NCBI GenBank assembly: GCA_963701295.1
Contig: OY969585.1
Coordinates: forward strand, 992,001-1,056,000
Direction of reading: 5' to 3'
Source: Ignavibacteriota bacterium
GTDB lineage: Bacteria > Bacteroidota > Ignavibacteria > UBA10030
Length of the DNA stretch: 64,000 nucleotides
Position 1 is the stretch's first letter, and each line of letters starts with the position of its first letter. The notes under the pieces are model-generated. The model saw only the letters and a list, made by a program, of their open reading frames with translations. It did no database searches and had not been told where the DNA came from. Both the position numbers and the translations under genes were made by a program. Shown one piece after another: positions 40,022-50,005 of the stretch.

Positions 40022-40707
40022 AATTCTATCCAGTCTTTAAAAGACCATTGTAACCAATCACTTTTTTGTAGATACCGCAATTCATTTTTTGTTGGCCGAC
40101 GGTCCATCCTTATGTCAAAGAGAACATTTCCGGATAAAAATTGATTTTTAATAATATCTGTTGAAGTTTCTGTTAGCAACTGCGCGCGGTCATATTTAAA
40201 CCATTCCGTATCTCCACGCATTTCACTGAAAGCACTAACAAGCACTAGACCGGGAGTTTTTTGCATAAATCTTTTGGCTAATGCTTTTAATTGCCATTCG
40301 GCCACGATTTCTCCAGAGATATGTCTCACTGATATAGTTGTCTCATCAACATGAAGAAAGAGTCCAATACTGTTCGGTGTTCTTGCCATGGTGAAGTACA
40401 TTCCTAATCTACCATTATCATCAAGTGTTCCGTATTTTTTGATAGCCGCAAGAGGATCCATTTTCCATGCTTTTCTGTTAAAGGTAAACAATGTAATCAT
40501 AGAAGATGATCCAATTCGATGAGCTTTAAGTTCTACAGTACCTAAATCTGGCAGGGCAATATTGTTTTCTTCTATACCAAGAAGTTGTTCTAATGTCTGC
40601 TCAATACCGGTTGGTCCTTTTCTCTTCGACTTGATCCATCCTTTTGCTTTTACTTGCGCAAATTTTTTTCTAAATCTTACAAGTGTTAATTGTCTACGCT
40701 TTGTCAT
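40018..40707 (-). CDS. MvaI/BcnI-family PD-(D/E)xK restriction endonuclease-like protein, C-terminus possibly replaced
   Basis: KGWIKSKRKGPTGIEQTLEQLLGIEENN..PDLGTVELKA..SMITLFT matches the family N-terminus as I recall it. Confidence 0.75.
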   Translation of the reverse strand: MTKRRQLTLVRFRKKFAQVKAKGWIKSKRKGPTGIEQTLEQLLGIEENNIALPDLGTVELKAHRIGSSSMITLFTFNRKAWKMDPLAAIKKYGTLDDNGRLGMYFTMARTPNSIGLFLHVDETTISVRHISGEIVAEWQLKALAKRFMQKTPGLVLVSAFSEMRGDTEWFKYDRAQLLTETSTDIIKNQFLSGNVLFDIRMDRRPTKNELRYLQKSDWLQWSFKDWIEL

Positions 40708-40799
40708 TGAACCTTTTATCCTCTTCTTTGTATTTCAATATGAGGCTAATGTACTGAATTATCACAAATGGATACATGAATATATTGGTTTATATATAC

Positions 40800-40871
40800 T
40801 CAGATTTTGAGCGATTGATTTAGCCTTTTAATCTTTATTACTTCCTTACTGACAAGAATCGTTTTTTTCAA
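40800..40871 (-). pseudogene. Possible 5' stub of a VapC-like toxin gene
   Basis: TTG overlaps the antitoxin TGA (TTGA). It reads MKKTILVS..., like a PIN beta-1 strand but without the catalytic Asp, and stops after 23 codons. Confidence 0.35.
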
Positions 40872-41098
40872 ACTTGTCGCTCCTTTTTCTTGTCTTCCAT
40901 CAATCCTTTGAGCATATCGCCGTCAGTGCCAAGAATTCCTGCTAAACTCTTAAAATAATTTTTATCAAGCGGTCGAATCATAAGTTTGCCGTTTTGCTCG
41001 ACAAATGCGATTTTTGTCCCCTTTGTGATTCCAAACTTTCGCCGGATTTTTGCAGGAACAACAATTTGTCCTTTACCTGTTACTACCGATGTTTCCAT
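40868..41098 (-). CDS. AbrB/MazE/SpoVT-family DNA-binding protein (antitoxin-like)
   Basis: SVVTGKGQIVVPAKIRRKFGITKGTKIAF motif; SD AAGGAG before ATG 41098. Confidence 0.88.
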   Translation of the reverse strand: METSVVTGKGQIVVPAKIRRKFGITKGTKIAFVEQNGKLMIRPLDKNYFKSLAGILGTDGDMLKGLMEDKKKERQV

Positions 41099-41353
41099 TG
41101 TATGTCTCCTTTTCATTTTAACATATATAAGTTCATAATGTAAATCAAATGCTATTCTGGTATATATCCGAAATAATCAACCGATGGCACAATTATCTGA
41201 GCGATATTCTTACATCTGTGAGCAACAAACGTAACAAATCTGAAGATTGTGAATACATTTCATTCGGCTTGATTTTGAAACCAACTCTTTCTTCTTTATG
41301 TTATAATGAAGGTCGGTTGTTGGCAATGGAATGTATAAAGAGAGTTGGAAAGC

Positions 41354-42154
41354 ATGACAGAAAAGTTACGAAAATTAGAAAATATTATCCGCGAATATGG
41401 ACGTGTCATCGTCGGGTATTCCGGCGGTGTTGATTCCACTCTCGTGGCATTTGTTGCACATCGAGGGCTCGGAATAAATGCGTTGATTGTTCTCGCAAAA
41501 ACAGAAACTATTACAAGGGAAGACGTGGAATTGGCACGACGCATCGCTCATGACCATTCGTTCAACTATCGAGAAATTGCATATAACGAACTTGAAATCG
41601 AACAGTATGCTGCTAATCCGGTAAACCGGTGTTACTTCTGCAAGCAAGAATTATATGCCAAATTGAAGGTAATCGCAAAAAAAGAGAATATTCCATTCAT
41701 TTTAGATGGCGCAAATGTTGATGATCTTGGAGATTATAGACCGGGACGGACAGCAGCAAAAGAATCCAATATTCGATCTCCACTCATTGAAGCATCTTTG
41801 ACGAAACAGGACGTTCGTGAAGCGGCAAAATTCTACAGTTTGCCAAATGCCGACAAACCTGCTGCGCCATGTCTTTCTTCTCGAATTCCATATGGAACAC
41901 ACATAGACCGAAAGTCTTTAGAGCAAATTGCTCTCGCAGAGAAATTTATTCGTGGAAAAGGATTTACCAATGTGCGTGTCCGTCATTATCAGACTACAGC
42001 CAAGATTGAAGTAGACGCTTGGGCGATAAATAAATTGAAACGGATGAATGGTGAAGTCGAATCCTATTTGAAGCAGTTGGGGTACGCAGAAGTTATTATC
42101 GATGAAGAGGGATTCCAAACGGGAAAGTTGAATAAAGGAATAGCGAAAGAATGA
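41354..42154 (+). CDS. larE: LarE-family ATP-dependent sulfur transferase
   Basis: PP-loop YSGGVDS, NRCYFCK, DGANVDDLGDYRPG, PCLSSRIPYG and VRVRH motifs. Confidence 0.92.
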   Translation: MTEKLRKLENIIREYGRVIVGYSGGVDSTLVAFVAHRGLGINALIVLAKTETITREDVELARRIAHDHSFNYREIAYNELEIEQYAANPVNRCYFCKQELYAKLKVIAKKENIPFILDGANVDDLGDYRPGRTAAKESNIRSPLIEASLTKQDVREAAKFYSLPNADKPAAPCLSSRIPYGTHIDRKSLEQIALAEKFIRGKGFTNVRVRHYQTTAKIEVDAWAINKLKRMNGEVESYLKQLGYAEVIIDEEGFQTGKLNKGIAKE

Positions 42155-42825
42155 AATCCAACATGCACGGTGAGCATAATTATTTTAATGAAGATCATGA
42201 GCGGCGACAACGCACATTAATTCCAGAACTGATCTTCTGCGAGAATAAGTCGGTTGAACAAATCATTCTCATTGCAAAAAAGCTCTATGCAAAGCAAAAG
42301 CTCGTCCTTGGCACACGATGTCCGGTGGAATTCTTTTCAAAGTTGAAGAAAGCATTCCCCGGTATTCACATTGTACAAGAATCACATTGTTTCCGTATTG
42401 GCAAACCTTTGAAAGGAATGAGCACGGCAAAAGTAGGCATTGTCTCAGCAGGAACAACAGATATTGCTGTTTGTGAAGAAGCCGCTTTGATGCTGGAAAG
42501 TCTTGGAGTTTCTGTAGAACGTGTCTATGATGTTGGGGTGGCAGGCATCCATCGTCTGTTCGCAAAAGATGATCGACTCAAGCGTTGCAGTGTTTTAATT
42601 GTTGCCGCAGGAATGGAAGGCGCACTTCCCAGCGTTGTTGCCGGATTGTATCCCCAGCCATTGATTGCTATACCGACCAGCATAGGATATGGCACAGCCC
42701 TTTCTGGATTCACGGCTCTCTTTGCCATGCTCACGAGCTGCGCTCCCGGTGTTACCGTTGTAAATATTGACAATGGAGTCGGAGCTGCTGCTGCTGCATT
42801 TAAAATCATTTCTTCGATCAAATGA
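42151..42825 (+). CDS. larB: Nickel-pincer cofactor biosynthesis protein LarB
   Basis: SAGTTD, DVGVAGIHRL, AGMEGALPSVV, PTSIGYG and VVNIDNG motifs; coupled to larE by ATGA. Confidence 0.93.
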   Translation: MKSNMHGEHNYFNEDHERRQRTLIPELIFCENKSVEQIILIAKKLYAKQKLVLGTRCPVEFFSKLKKAFPGIHIVQESHCFRIGKPLKGMSTAKVGIVSAGTTDIAVCEEAALMLESLGVSVERVYDVGVAGIHRLFAKDDRLKRCSVLIVAAGMEGALPSVVAGLYPQPLIAIPTSIGYGTALSGFTALFAMLTSCAPGVTVVNIDNGVGAAAAAFKIISSIK

Positions 42826-42986
42826 TCTCTTTTCTTCTGTTTCTTCACTCTTGTTAACCCGTTGTTCTATACTTTTCCCCCTTGCTTGACACTGTTATGA
42901 CTTCTCTCCATATTTGAAATACATATAATTATTTTTTCCTCATGTATCAAAAGCATTCTGTATTTACTCATACAAGGAGATCTACT

Positions 42987-45668
42987 ATGAAATATCTCAC
43001 TGCATTCGGGATTATTTTCCTTCTCTCAACAATCTCTCTCGTTGCACAGCTTCCTCCGTTGATCGACCGCGAGATCTTTTTTGGTGATCCGGAGATCTCG
43101 GGTGCACAAATTTCACCTGATGGGAAATTCATCACCTTTATCAAGCCTTTCCAGGATGTACGCAACATTTGGATTAAAGAGCGATCCGAGTCATTTGAGA
43201 AAGCCCGGCCATTAACAGCAGATACCGCTCGTCCGATTCCAGGATATTTTTGGTCGAGGGATTCAAAGTATGTACTCTATGTACAAGACAAGGGCGGCGA
43301 CGAGAATTATCGTGTGTACGCGATTGATCCAACTGTGCCGGGTACGCCAGTTCCCCCGGCACGCAATTTAACACCGCAAGAAAAAGTGCGCGCGATGATT
43401 ATTGATGTACCAAAAACCACACCAAACGAAATTGTGGTTGGATTGAACGATCGAAATCCACAATTACACGATGTCTATCGTATCAATCTTACAACTGGCG
43501 AACGGACGCTTGTTCGTAAGAATGAAGAGAATATCGCCGGATGGCTCACAGATTTGAATGGCGAGCTTCGTCTTGCTGTCCGTCAAACAAATGACGGCGG
43601 CACTGAAATATTGAAGATCGATAGCGTTTCGCTCACCTCCATCTATACCGTAACGGCAGAGGAGTCTGCTGATCCTGTCCGCTTTACGGCAGATGGCAAC
43701 AGCTTCTATTTGGAAACCAACAAGGGAGACAAGTTGGATAAAACGCAACTTGAGTTGTTCAATTTGAAGACAGGAACAACGAAGCTCATAGAAAGAGATC
43801 CGATAAATGAAGTTGATTTCGGAACAGCGATTTTTTCCGATATCACCAACGAAATTCTTACGACGATTTACATTGGCGATAAGATGCGGATTTATCCTAA
43901 AGAGGAGAAATTCAAACGCGATTTCGAACAACTCAGGAAACAAATACCGGAGGGAAACATAGGTCTCATGAGCACTACGAGTGATGAACAAGTTTGGCTT
44001 GTGAGTGTGAGCAACGATGTTGACCCCGGTTCGGTATACGTGTTTGATCGACAGACAGGAACCGTGCAGATGTTATACAAATCACGGCCTAATTTGCCTA
44101 CTGAAAATCTTGCGCCGATGAAAGCAATTCGATATACGGCACGTGACGGCAAATCGATTCCTGCATACCTCGTGTTACCAAAGGGCATACCGTCTAAGAA
44201 TTTACCGACAATTATTTTTCCCCATGGTGGACCATGGGCCCGTGATAATTGGGGATATAACGGCACTGCACAATTTCTTGCCAATCGCGGGTATGCAGGA
44301 CCGTTGCCAAATTTCCGAGGCTCAACAGGGTACGGAAAAGAATTCCTCAATGCAGGCAACAAGCAATGGGGTCTCGGTTCGATGCAGCACGACCTTACCG
44401 ATGGCGTGCAATATCTTATAAAACAGAAAATTGCAGATCCTAAACGCGTCGGTATTGCTGGTGGATCATACGGAGGTTACGCAACGCTCGCGGGACTTAC
44501 TTTTACACCCGATTTGTACGCAGCGGGATTTGATATTGTCGGACCCTCTAATATTATCACCTTATTAAACTCCATTCCCCCGTACTGGGCGCCGATGAAG
44601 AAAATATTTGCTGTTCGTGTTGGTGACATGGAAAAACCGGAAGAAAAAGAAATGCTGGAAAAACAATCTCCATTAAATTCAGCGAAAAACATTAAATCCC
44701 CATTATTTGTTGTGCAAGGCGCTAATGATCCGCGCGTGAAAAAAGCGGAGGCTGATCAAATAGTTATTGCCCTCCGCGATCTTGGCAGGCATGTAGAATA
44801 TATCGTAGCACCGGACGAAGGGCACGGTTTTGCCGGAAAAGAAAACCGCATTGCAATGTACACAGCTATGGAGCAATTCTTCTCTAAATATCTCGGAGGA
44901 CGCGTACAAAAAGATGTGCGTGATGCCATTGAGAAAAAGATAGAAATGATTACTGTTGATATAAAGACAGTAACGGTGAAAAAACATGACACAGAAACCA
45001 CCAATGAAACGATGCCCGCCTTTAGCGGTTCACTGTTAAAACCTGATACGCTGCGGTATGTTATAAAATTGGACATCCGCGGCCAGCAGATGACAGTGAA
45101 TGCAACACGGACAATCGTCAGAGCGCTATTCGCAGGTACCTCTGTCTGGCGGTTTGTAGAAGAGACATCCGGTGCAATGGGTTCAGGTATTGACACGCTC
45201 GATGTAGATGGATCAACATTGTTACCGATACGCCGTGTGGCGGTACAAGGTCCGGGAAAAATCTCTGTCGTATACTCAGGCAATTCTATTGAGGGTAAAA
45301 TAAGCATGGGTCCCCAGGAAATGCCGATCAAAACACAAACCAAAAACATTGATCTCCCAGATGGAACAGGCACTGAAATTTCCATAACAACATTACCACT
45401 TGGAGAAGGATTTAAAGCGACAGTCTATCAGTTTGATCTGATGATGCAAAAGGAAAAAGCATTCCTTTTAGCCGTGACAGGGCCAGAAAGCGTTACGGCT
45501 CCAGCCGGGACATTCAATACATTCAAAGTCGTACTTACACCGAAAGATGGCGAAACTGGCGGTTCAACATTGTGGATTGATCAAAACAGCCGGCGAATTG
45601 TAAAGAGCGAGTCAAAACTTCCAGCGCAAGCTGGCGGTGGATTAATTGTAACGGAACTTGTAAAATAA
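42987..45668 (+). CDS. Exported S9 family peptidase (acylaminoacyl/DPP-like) with an extra C-terminal beta-rich domain
   Basis: Signal peptide, beta-propeller region, PHGGPW, GGSYGG, GANDPRV, DEGHGF, then about 230 extra aa. Confidence 0.9.
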   Translation: MKYLTAFGIIFLLSTISLVAQLPPLIDREIFFGDPEISGAQISPDGKFITFIKPFQDVRNIWIKERSESFEKARPLTADTARPIPGYFWSRDSKYVLYVQDKGGDENYRVYAIDPTVPGTPVPPARNLTPQEKVRAMIIDVPKTTPNEIVVGLNDRNPQLHDVYRINLTTGERTLVRKNEENIAGWLTDLNGELRLAVRQTNDGGTEILKIDSVSLTSIYTVTAEESADPVRFTADGNSFYLETNKGDKLDKTQLELFNLKTGTTKLIERDPINEVDFGTAIFSDITNEILTTIYIGDKMRIYPKEEKFKRDFEQLRKQIPEGNIGLMSTTSDEQVWLVSVSNDVDPGSVYVFDRQTGTVQMLYKSRPNLPTENLAPMKAIRYTARDGKSIPAYLVLPKGIPSKNLPTIIFPHGGPWARDNWGYNGTAQFLANRGYAGPLPNFRGSTGYGKEFLNAGNKQWGLGSMQHDLTDGVQYLIKQKIADPKRVGIAGGSYGGYATLAGLTFTPDLYAAGFDIVGPSNIITLLNSIPPYWAPMKKIFAVRVGDMEKPEEKEMLEKQSPLNSAKNIKSPLFVVQGANDPRVKKAEADQIVIALRDLGRHVEYIVAPDEGHGFAGKENRIAMYTAMEQFFSKYLGGRVQKDVRDAIEKKIEMITVDIKTVTVKKHDTETTNETMPAFSGSLLKPDTLRYVIKLDIRGQQMTVNATRTIVRALFAGTSVWRFVEETSGAMGSGIDTLDVDGSTLLPIRRVAVQGPGKISVVYSGNSIEGKISMGPQEMPIKTQTKNIDLPDGTGTEISITTLPLGEGFKATVYQFDLMMQKEKAFLLAVTGPESVTAPAGTFNTFKVVLTPKDGETGGSTLWIDQNSRRIVKSESKLPAQAGGGLIVTELVK

Positions 45669-45684
45669 AAGAAAAAGATCCATT

Positions 45685-45719
45685 GTCCGGCATTCTTCTT
45701 TCGTTCCGGGATGCCGGAC
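45685..45719 (+). terminator. Stem-loop after the S9 peptidase gene (terminator or processing hairpin)
   Basis: GTCCGGCAT...ATGCCGGAC inverted repeat with a weak U tail. Confidence 0.5.
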
Positions 45720-45833
45720 TTCCGGCATTTGATATTCCTCGCTGTGTTGCGAGTGGAACAACTATCTCTTATTTTAGCTCAGACAAAAAAAGTGTTGTAT
45801 GAACCAATATATTTGATCTGAAAGGGAAACTCA

Positions 45834-46343
45834 ATGCCAACAACAAAAGACAATCTGAAGGAAGCGTTTGCCGGTGAAAGTCAGGCATTCCAAAAATACA
45901 CTGCATTTGCGGAAAAAGCAGAACGAGAAGGATTAAAGAACATTGCTCGTCTGTTCAGGACAACAGCGCAAGCAGAACGCATTCATGCAAGCGGGCATCT
46001 GCAGGCTCTCGACGGTGTCGGCTCCACGGCAGAGAATCTGAAAGCTGCAGTCGGTGGTGAGACGTACGAATTTACCGAAATGTATCCACCGATGCTCAAA
46101 CAGGCAGAAGCAGATAATCACAAAGCAAAACGAATGTTCAAATATGCCGTGGATGCAGAACAAGTACATGCCAAGCTGTACAAACTGGCGCTGGAAGCAG
46201 CGCAGCAAGGGAAAGATTTATCCGTTACTGAATTTTATCTCTGTCCGGTCTGCGGATATATCGAATTTGGTAAAGCACCCGAAGAGTGCCCCATTTGCGG
46301 TGCAAAGGGATCAAAATTTATGCAGGTGGCATCAGCTCTATAG
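45834..46343 (+). CDS. rbr: Rubrerythrin
   Basis: AFAGESQA, ERIHA, GETYE, EQVHA and rubredoxin domain CPVCG..CPICG. Confidence 0.93.
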   Translation: MPTTKDNLKEAFAGESQAFQKYTAFAEKAEREGLKNIARLFRTTAQAERIHASGHLQALDGVGSTAENLKAAVGGETYEFTEMYPPMLKQAEADNHKAKRMFKYAVDAEQVHAKLYKLALEAAQQGKDLSVTEFYLCPVCGYIEFGKAPEECPICGAKGSKFMQVASAL

Positions 46344-46442
46344 TTCGCAGCTGTAATTCTTGGCAGAACGCCGGATGTTGTCGATCAAGTAACTTTTTAA
46401 TCGATTTCATGAACATCTTCAATGAATTTGGAGATCTTTTTT

Positions 46443-47762
46443 ATGGATGCTCTTTTCCTCGCACGCTTGCAGTTTGCACTCACCATTGGATTTCATTTTC
46501 TTTTTCCTCCGATTTCCATAGGGCTTGCCTGGTTGTTAGTCATTATAGAAGGGATTGGTTGGAGAAAGGGTGATGAAGTGTATGTTCGCATGGGTAAGTT
46601 TTTTGGAAAGTTTCTCGCATTAACATTTGCATTCGGCGTGGCGACTGGCATTGTGATGGAGTTTCAATTCGGAACGAACTGGGCAGCATACTCAAAATTT
46701 GTCGGTGATATTTTCGGTGCACCACTCGCCGCTGAAGGCATCTTTGCATTCTTCCTCGAATCCGGTTTTCTCGGACTGTACCTATTTGGCAGGAACAAAG
46801 TCTCCAAAGCCGTTCATTGGTTTTCCATATTGATGGTTGCAGTCGGTGCAACAATCTCAGCGTTTTGGATTATTGTTGCAAATTCGTGGCAACAAACTCC
46901 CGCCGGATATATTCTTAGAAATGGCAGGGCGGAACTCACCGACTTTTATAATGCTGTCTTTAATCCATCGACGGTGATCCGTTATCTTCACACAGTGGAT
47001 GCAGCGTTGATTGCAGGGGCGTTCTTCGTAGCTGGGATTGCCGCTTATCTCATTCTCAAAAAGAAAGAAGTCGAACTTGCAAAACAGGCAATGAAAATTG
47101 CAGTCATTTTCGGGCTCATCACATCGTTGCTTGAGTTGATGCCGTTTGGTCATGAGCACGCAAGACAAGTTGCCCGCACGCAACCGGAAAAATTTGCTGC
47201 CATCGAAGGACTTTATACAACACAATCCGGAGCGCCGCTTGTTTTCTTTGCTATCCCGGTTGTCAAACCGCCAGAGTTAAAAGCAAAAATAGAATTATCG
47301 GGACTTCTCAGCTGGATGACCTTCGGCGATGTCAATGCGCAGATCAAAGGCATCAATGAATTTCCGACAGAGAACATTCCGCCACTCTGGCTCACATTTG
47401 TTTCTTTCCATAATATGGTGGTGTTGGGATTATACTTCATCGGTGTGACTCTGTACGCATACATCCAGCTGCGCAGAAAAAAATTGTTCGAAACTACATG
47501 GCTCCTGAGACTCTTTATCTGGTCCATTCCGCTGCCGCTTGCTGCTTGCCAGCTTGGATGGATCGCCGCTGAAGTTGGTCGTCAACCGTGGATTGTCTAC
47601 GGTTTGCTCAGGACATCTGAGGCGCATTCTGTGTCTGTCACAGCTGAAGAAATCCTGTTCTCGATCATTCTCTTCGGTCTTGTCTATTTGTTGCTCGGTA
47701 CTTTGTACATTTATATCTTAGTGCGGGAGGTGAGCCATGGGCCGCAATCAGCAAAGGCATAG
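46443..47762 (+). CDS. cydA: Cytochrome bd ubiquinol oxidase subunit I
   Basis: ARLQFA..FHFLF, FQFGTNW, NSWQQTP, QPEKFAAIEG and EVGRQPW motifs. Confidence 0.96.
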   Translation: MDALFLARLQFALTIGFHFLFPPISIGLAWLLVIIEGIGWRKGDEVYVRMGKFFGKFLALTFAFGVATGIVMEFQFGTNWAAYSKFVGDIFGAPLAAEGIFAFFLESGFLGLYLFGRNKVSKAVHWFSILMVAVGATISAFWIIVANSWQQTPAGYILRNGRAELTDFYNAVFNPSTVIRYLHTVDAALIAGAFFVAGIAAYLILKKKEVELAKQAMKIAVIFGLITSLLELMPFGHEHARQVARTQPEKFAAIEGLYTTQSGAPLVFFAIPVVKPPELKAKIELSGLLSWMTFGDVNAQIKGINEFPTENIPPLWLTFVSFHNMVVLGLYFIGVTLYAYIQLRRKKLFETTWLLRLFIWSIPLPLAACQLGWIAAEVGRQPWIVYGLLRTSEAHSVSVTAEEILFSIILFGLVYLLLGTLYIYILVREVSHGPQSAKA

Positions 47763-47774
47763 GAGATAAGAAAT

Positions 47775-48791
47775 ATGGATCTGAATTCGATTTGGTTTTG
47801 GCTTATAGCTGTATTAATTGTCGGTTATGCAATTCTTGATGGTTTTGATTTTGGTGTCGGTATTCTATCGCTTTTCGGACGCGATGAGAAGGAGCGACGT
47901 ATTCATTTCAATGCCATTGGTCCGGTATGGGATGGAAATGAAGTCTGGCTGATCACCGGCGGCGGAGCATTATTTGCAGCATTTCCGATTGTGTATGCCA
48001 CGGTGTTTAGCGGATTTTATCTTGCTCTGATGTTGCTGCTCATATCACTTATCTTTAGAGCTGTATCGTTTGAATTCCGCAATAAAGTGGAATCACTTGT
48101 ATGGCGGCGGGCTTGGGATTTCGCATTTGGCTTCGGAAGTCTTCTGCCGGCAGTTCTCTTCGGTATCGCAGTGGGGAATATTCTCCGGGGTGTTCCAATA
48201 GATGCAAGCGGCAATTATCTTGGTACATTTCTCGGTCTGCTGAATCCTTATTCCATCGGCGTTGGTCTGCTGAGCCTTGTCCTTTTTACGACGCATGGTT
48301 CAATCTATCTTGCAACAAAATCAGACGGTAAGTTGCGCGATCGCTGCCAACAATGGGCGTCGTATCTTTGGATGGATTATGTGATACTCTATGTCATCAT
48401 AACGGTGTGGACTTGGCTTGCATCGCCATTCTTGTTTGAGAAATCAATGAGCAGTACATTCTTCTATATTTTTATTATTGTCCTTTTAGGCGCTATCGTC
48501 TACCTGCCGGTTCTCTTGAAAGCCGGGAAATTCAACCGCGCATTCTTTGCGTCATCACTGGCAATAGCAATGATGCTCGGTCAAATGGCTCTGAGTCTGT
48601 ACCCCCGGCTTGTTCCATCCTCTATCGATCTTCACTACAGTCTCACAATCTACAATGCTTCTTCGAGTCAGTTAACATTACAAACGATGCTTGTGATTGC
48701 ACTCATCGGCATTCCGATTGTGATCGTGTATTCCATTTTTATCCATTATGTATTTCGCGGAAAAGTGGAAATTACAGAAGAAAGTTATTAA
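47775..48791 (+). CDS. cydB: Cytochrome bd ubiquinol oxidase subunit II
   Basis: LDGFDFGVG, IGPVWDGNEVWLI and FEFR motifs. Confidence 0.96.
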   Translation: MDLNSIWFWLIAVLIVGYAILDGFDFGVGILSLFGRDEKERRIHFNAIGPVWDGNEVWLITGGGALFAAFPIVYATVFSGFYLALMLLLISLIFRAVSFEFRNKVESLVWRRAWDFAFGFGSLLPAVLFGIAVGNILRGVPIDASGNYLGTFLGLLNPYSIGVGLLSLVLFTTHGSIYLATKSDGKLRDRCQQWASYLWMDYVILYVIITVWTWLASPFLFEKSMSSTFFYIFIIVLLGAIVYLPVLLKAGKFNRAFFASSLAIAMMLGQMALSLYPRLVPSSIDLHYSLTIYNASSSQLTLQTMLVIALIGIPIVIVYSIFIHYVFRGKVEITEESY

Positions 48792-48801
48792 TTTGCAGAC
48801 G

Positions 48802-49230
48802 ATGGCAATAGAGAAAACCCTTGTCAGGGAAATGACGATCGGTGATTATGAACAGATGATCGCTCTTTGGAAAAATACTCCGGGGGTCGGATTGAGTGAT
48901 GCGGATTCAAAAAGAAATATCAACCAGTTTCTCGAACGAAATCCAGGATTGAGTTTTGTATGTGAGATTGATAAACGGATTATTGGTACAGTTCTTTGTG
49001 GTCACGACGGCCGTCGGGGATATATATATCATTTGGCAGTTGATGATGCGTTCAGGAAACAGGGAGTCGGCAAGGAACTTATGGTGCGTTCCCTTGAAAA
49101 ACTCAGCCACAAACGTATTGCGAAATGCCATCTATTTCTTTACAACGATAACGAAAACGCCATACAATTTTATGATAAGACCGGCTGGATAAAGCGATCC
49201 AACCTTCTGATCTATTCAAAAAACCTTTGA
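48802..49230 (+). CDS. GNAT N-acetyltransferase (YpeA-like)
   Basis: GHDGRRGYIYHLAVDDAFRKQGVG motif. Confidence 0.9.
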   Translation: MAIEKTLVREMTIGDYEQMIALWKNTPGVGLSDADSKRNINQFLERNPGLSFVCEIDKRIIGTVLCGHDGRRGYIYHLAVDDAFRKQGVGKELMVRSLEKLSHKRIAKCHLFLYNDNENAIQFYDKTGWIKRSNLLIYSKNL

Positions 49231-49352
49231 GAAATAGCTATATATTTTGCTATAATTTTTCAAACAGAATCTGCATTGTAATATGTTCTTCCCTGTAGCC
49301 ATCACTCTCTCTTTATTCAAGCAGTAACTTTAAACTTTTTAATTTTCCACTA

Positions 49353-49856
49353 CTACGATTTATTTTTATCTGGTATATAACCGTAAAGTTTTTCAGCACA
49401 CTCAGGACAAATCCCATGTGTTAATGTAGGGGCGCCAGAGTCTACGAGATATTTCTCAATGGGCAGCCATTGACCGTTTTCCGTTCGGTATTTTTTGCAA
49501 TTTGCGCACAGTGGAAGCATCTTTTCCAATTCTTGAATCTGTTTCTCTTGAACCTTCTTGTACTTTATGACCTTCATGAAACCATAGATTAACAAAGTGA
49601 AACTTATGGTGTCAAAGATGTTGCCCAAAGTTGCAAGGATGAGTTCTAATGAACCAAGAGGCATGTGAAAATATTCAGACAGTCGAATGCTTGGGTGCTC
49701 AACCAGCATATCGAATATGTGGCTAATAATAAGAAAAATAATTACCGGAAGAAATGGTCTCAGAGAATAGAAATGTAATCTTTCTCTCCAAATCAAGTAA
49801 AATGCGCCCGTCAAAAGAATGACGGAAATGAAATCTATTATGAATATTGTGTACAT
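49353..49856 (-). CDS. Membrane protein with C-terminal Cys4 (zinc-ribbon-like) domain
   Basis: Three hydrophobic segments, then LPLCANCKKYR...THGICPEC, the same tail type as 12978-13577. Confidence 0.75.
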   Translation of the reverse strand: MYTIFIIDFISVILLTGAFYLIWRERLHFYSLRPFLPVIIFLIISHIFDMLVEHPSIRLSEYFHMPLGSLELILATLGNIFDTISFTLLIYGFMKVIKYKKVQEKQIQELEKMLPLCANCKKYRTENGQWLPIEKYLVDSGAPTLTHGICPECAEKLYGYIPDKNKS

Positions 49857-50005
49857 AACTCTCGTTCCTATTTTGTTTTCTGAAGTTACCTAACGTACGA
49901 GCGAAAACGTTAAGTGATCATAATTTATCAAATCTTCACTCCAAAAACGAACATCATGATGTGACACGTGAGGCGCTGTTTGCTTTCGGTATTATTTCTT
50001 CTTGA

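Noticed and set aside
45834-48791. Rubrerythrin-cydAB as a novel system
   Set aside because: An ordinary oxygen-defence/respiration cluster. No cydX was seen, which is normal outside Proteobacteria.
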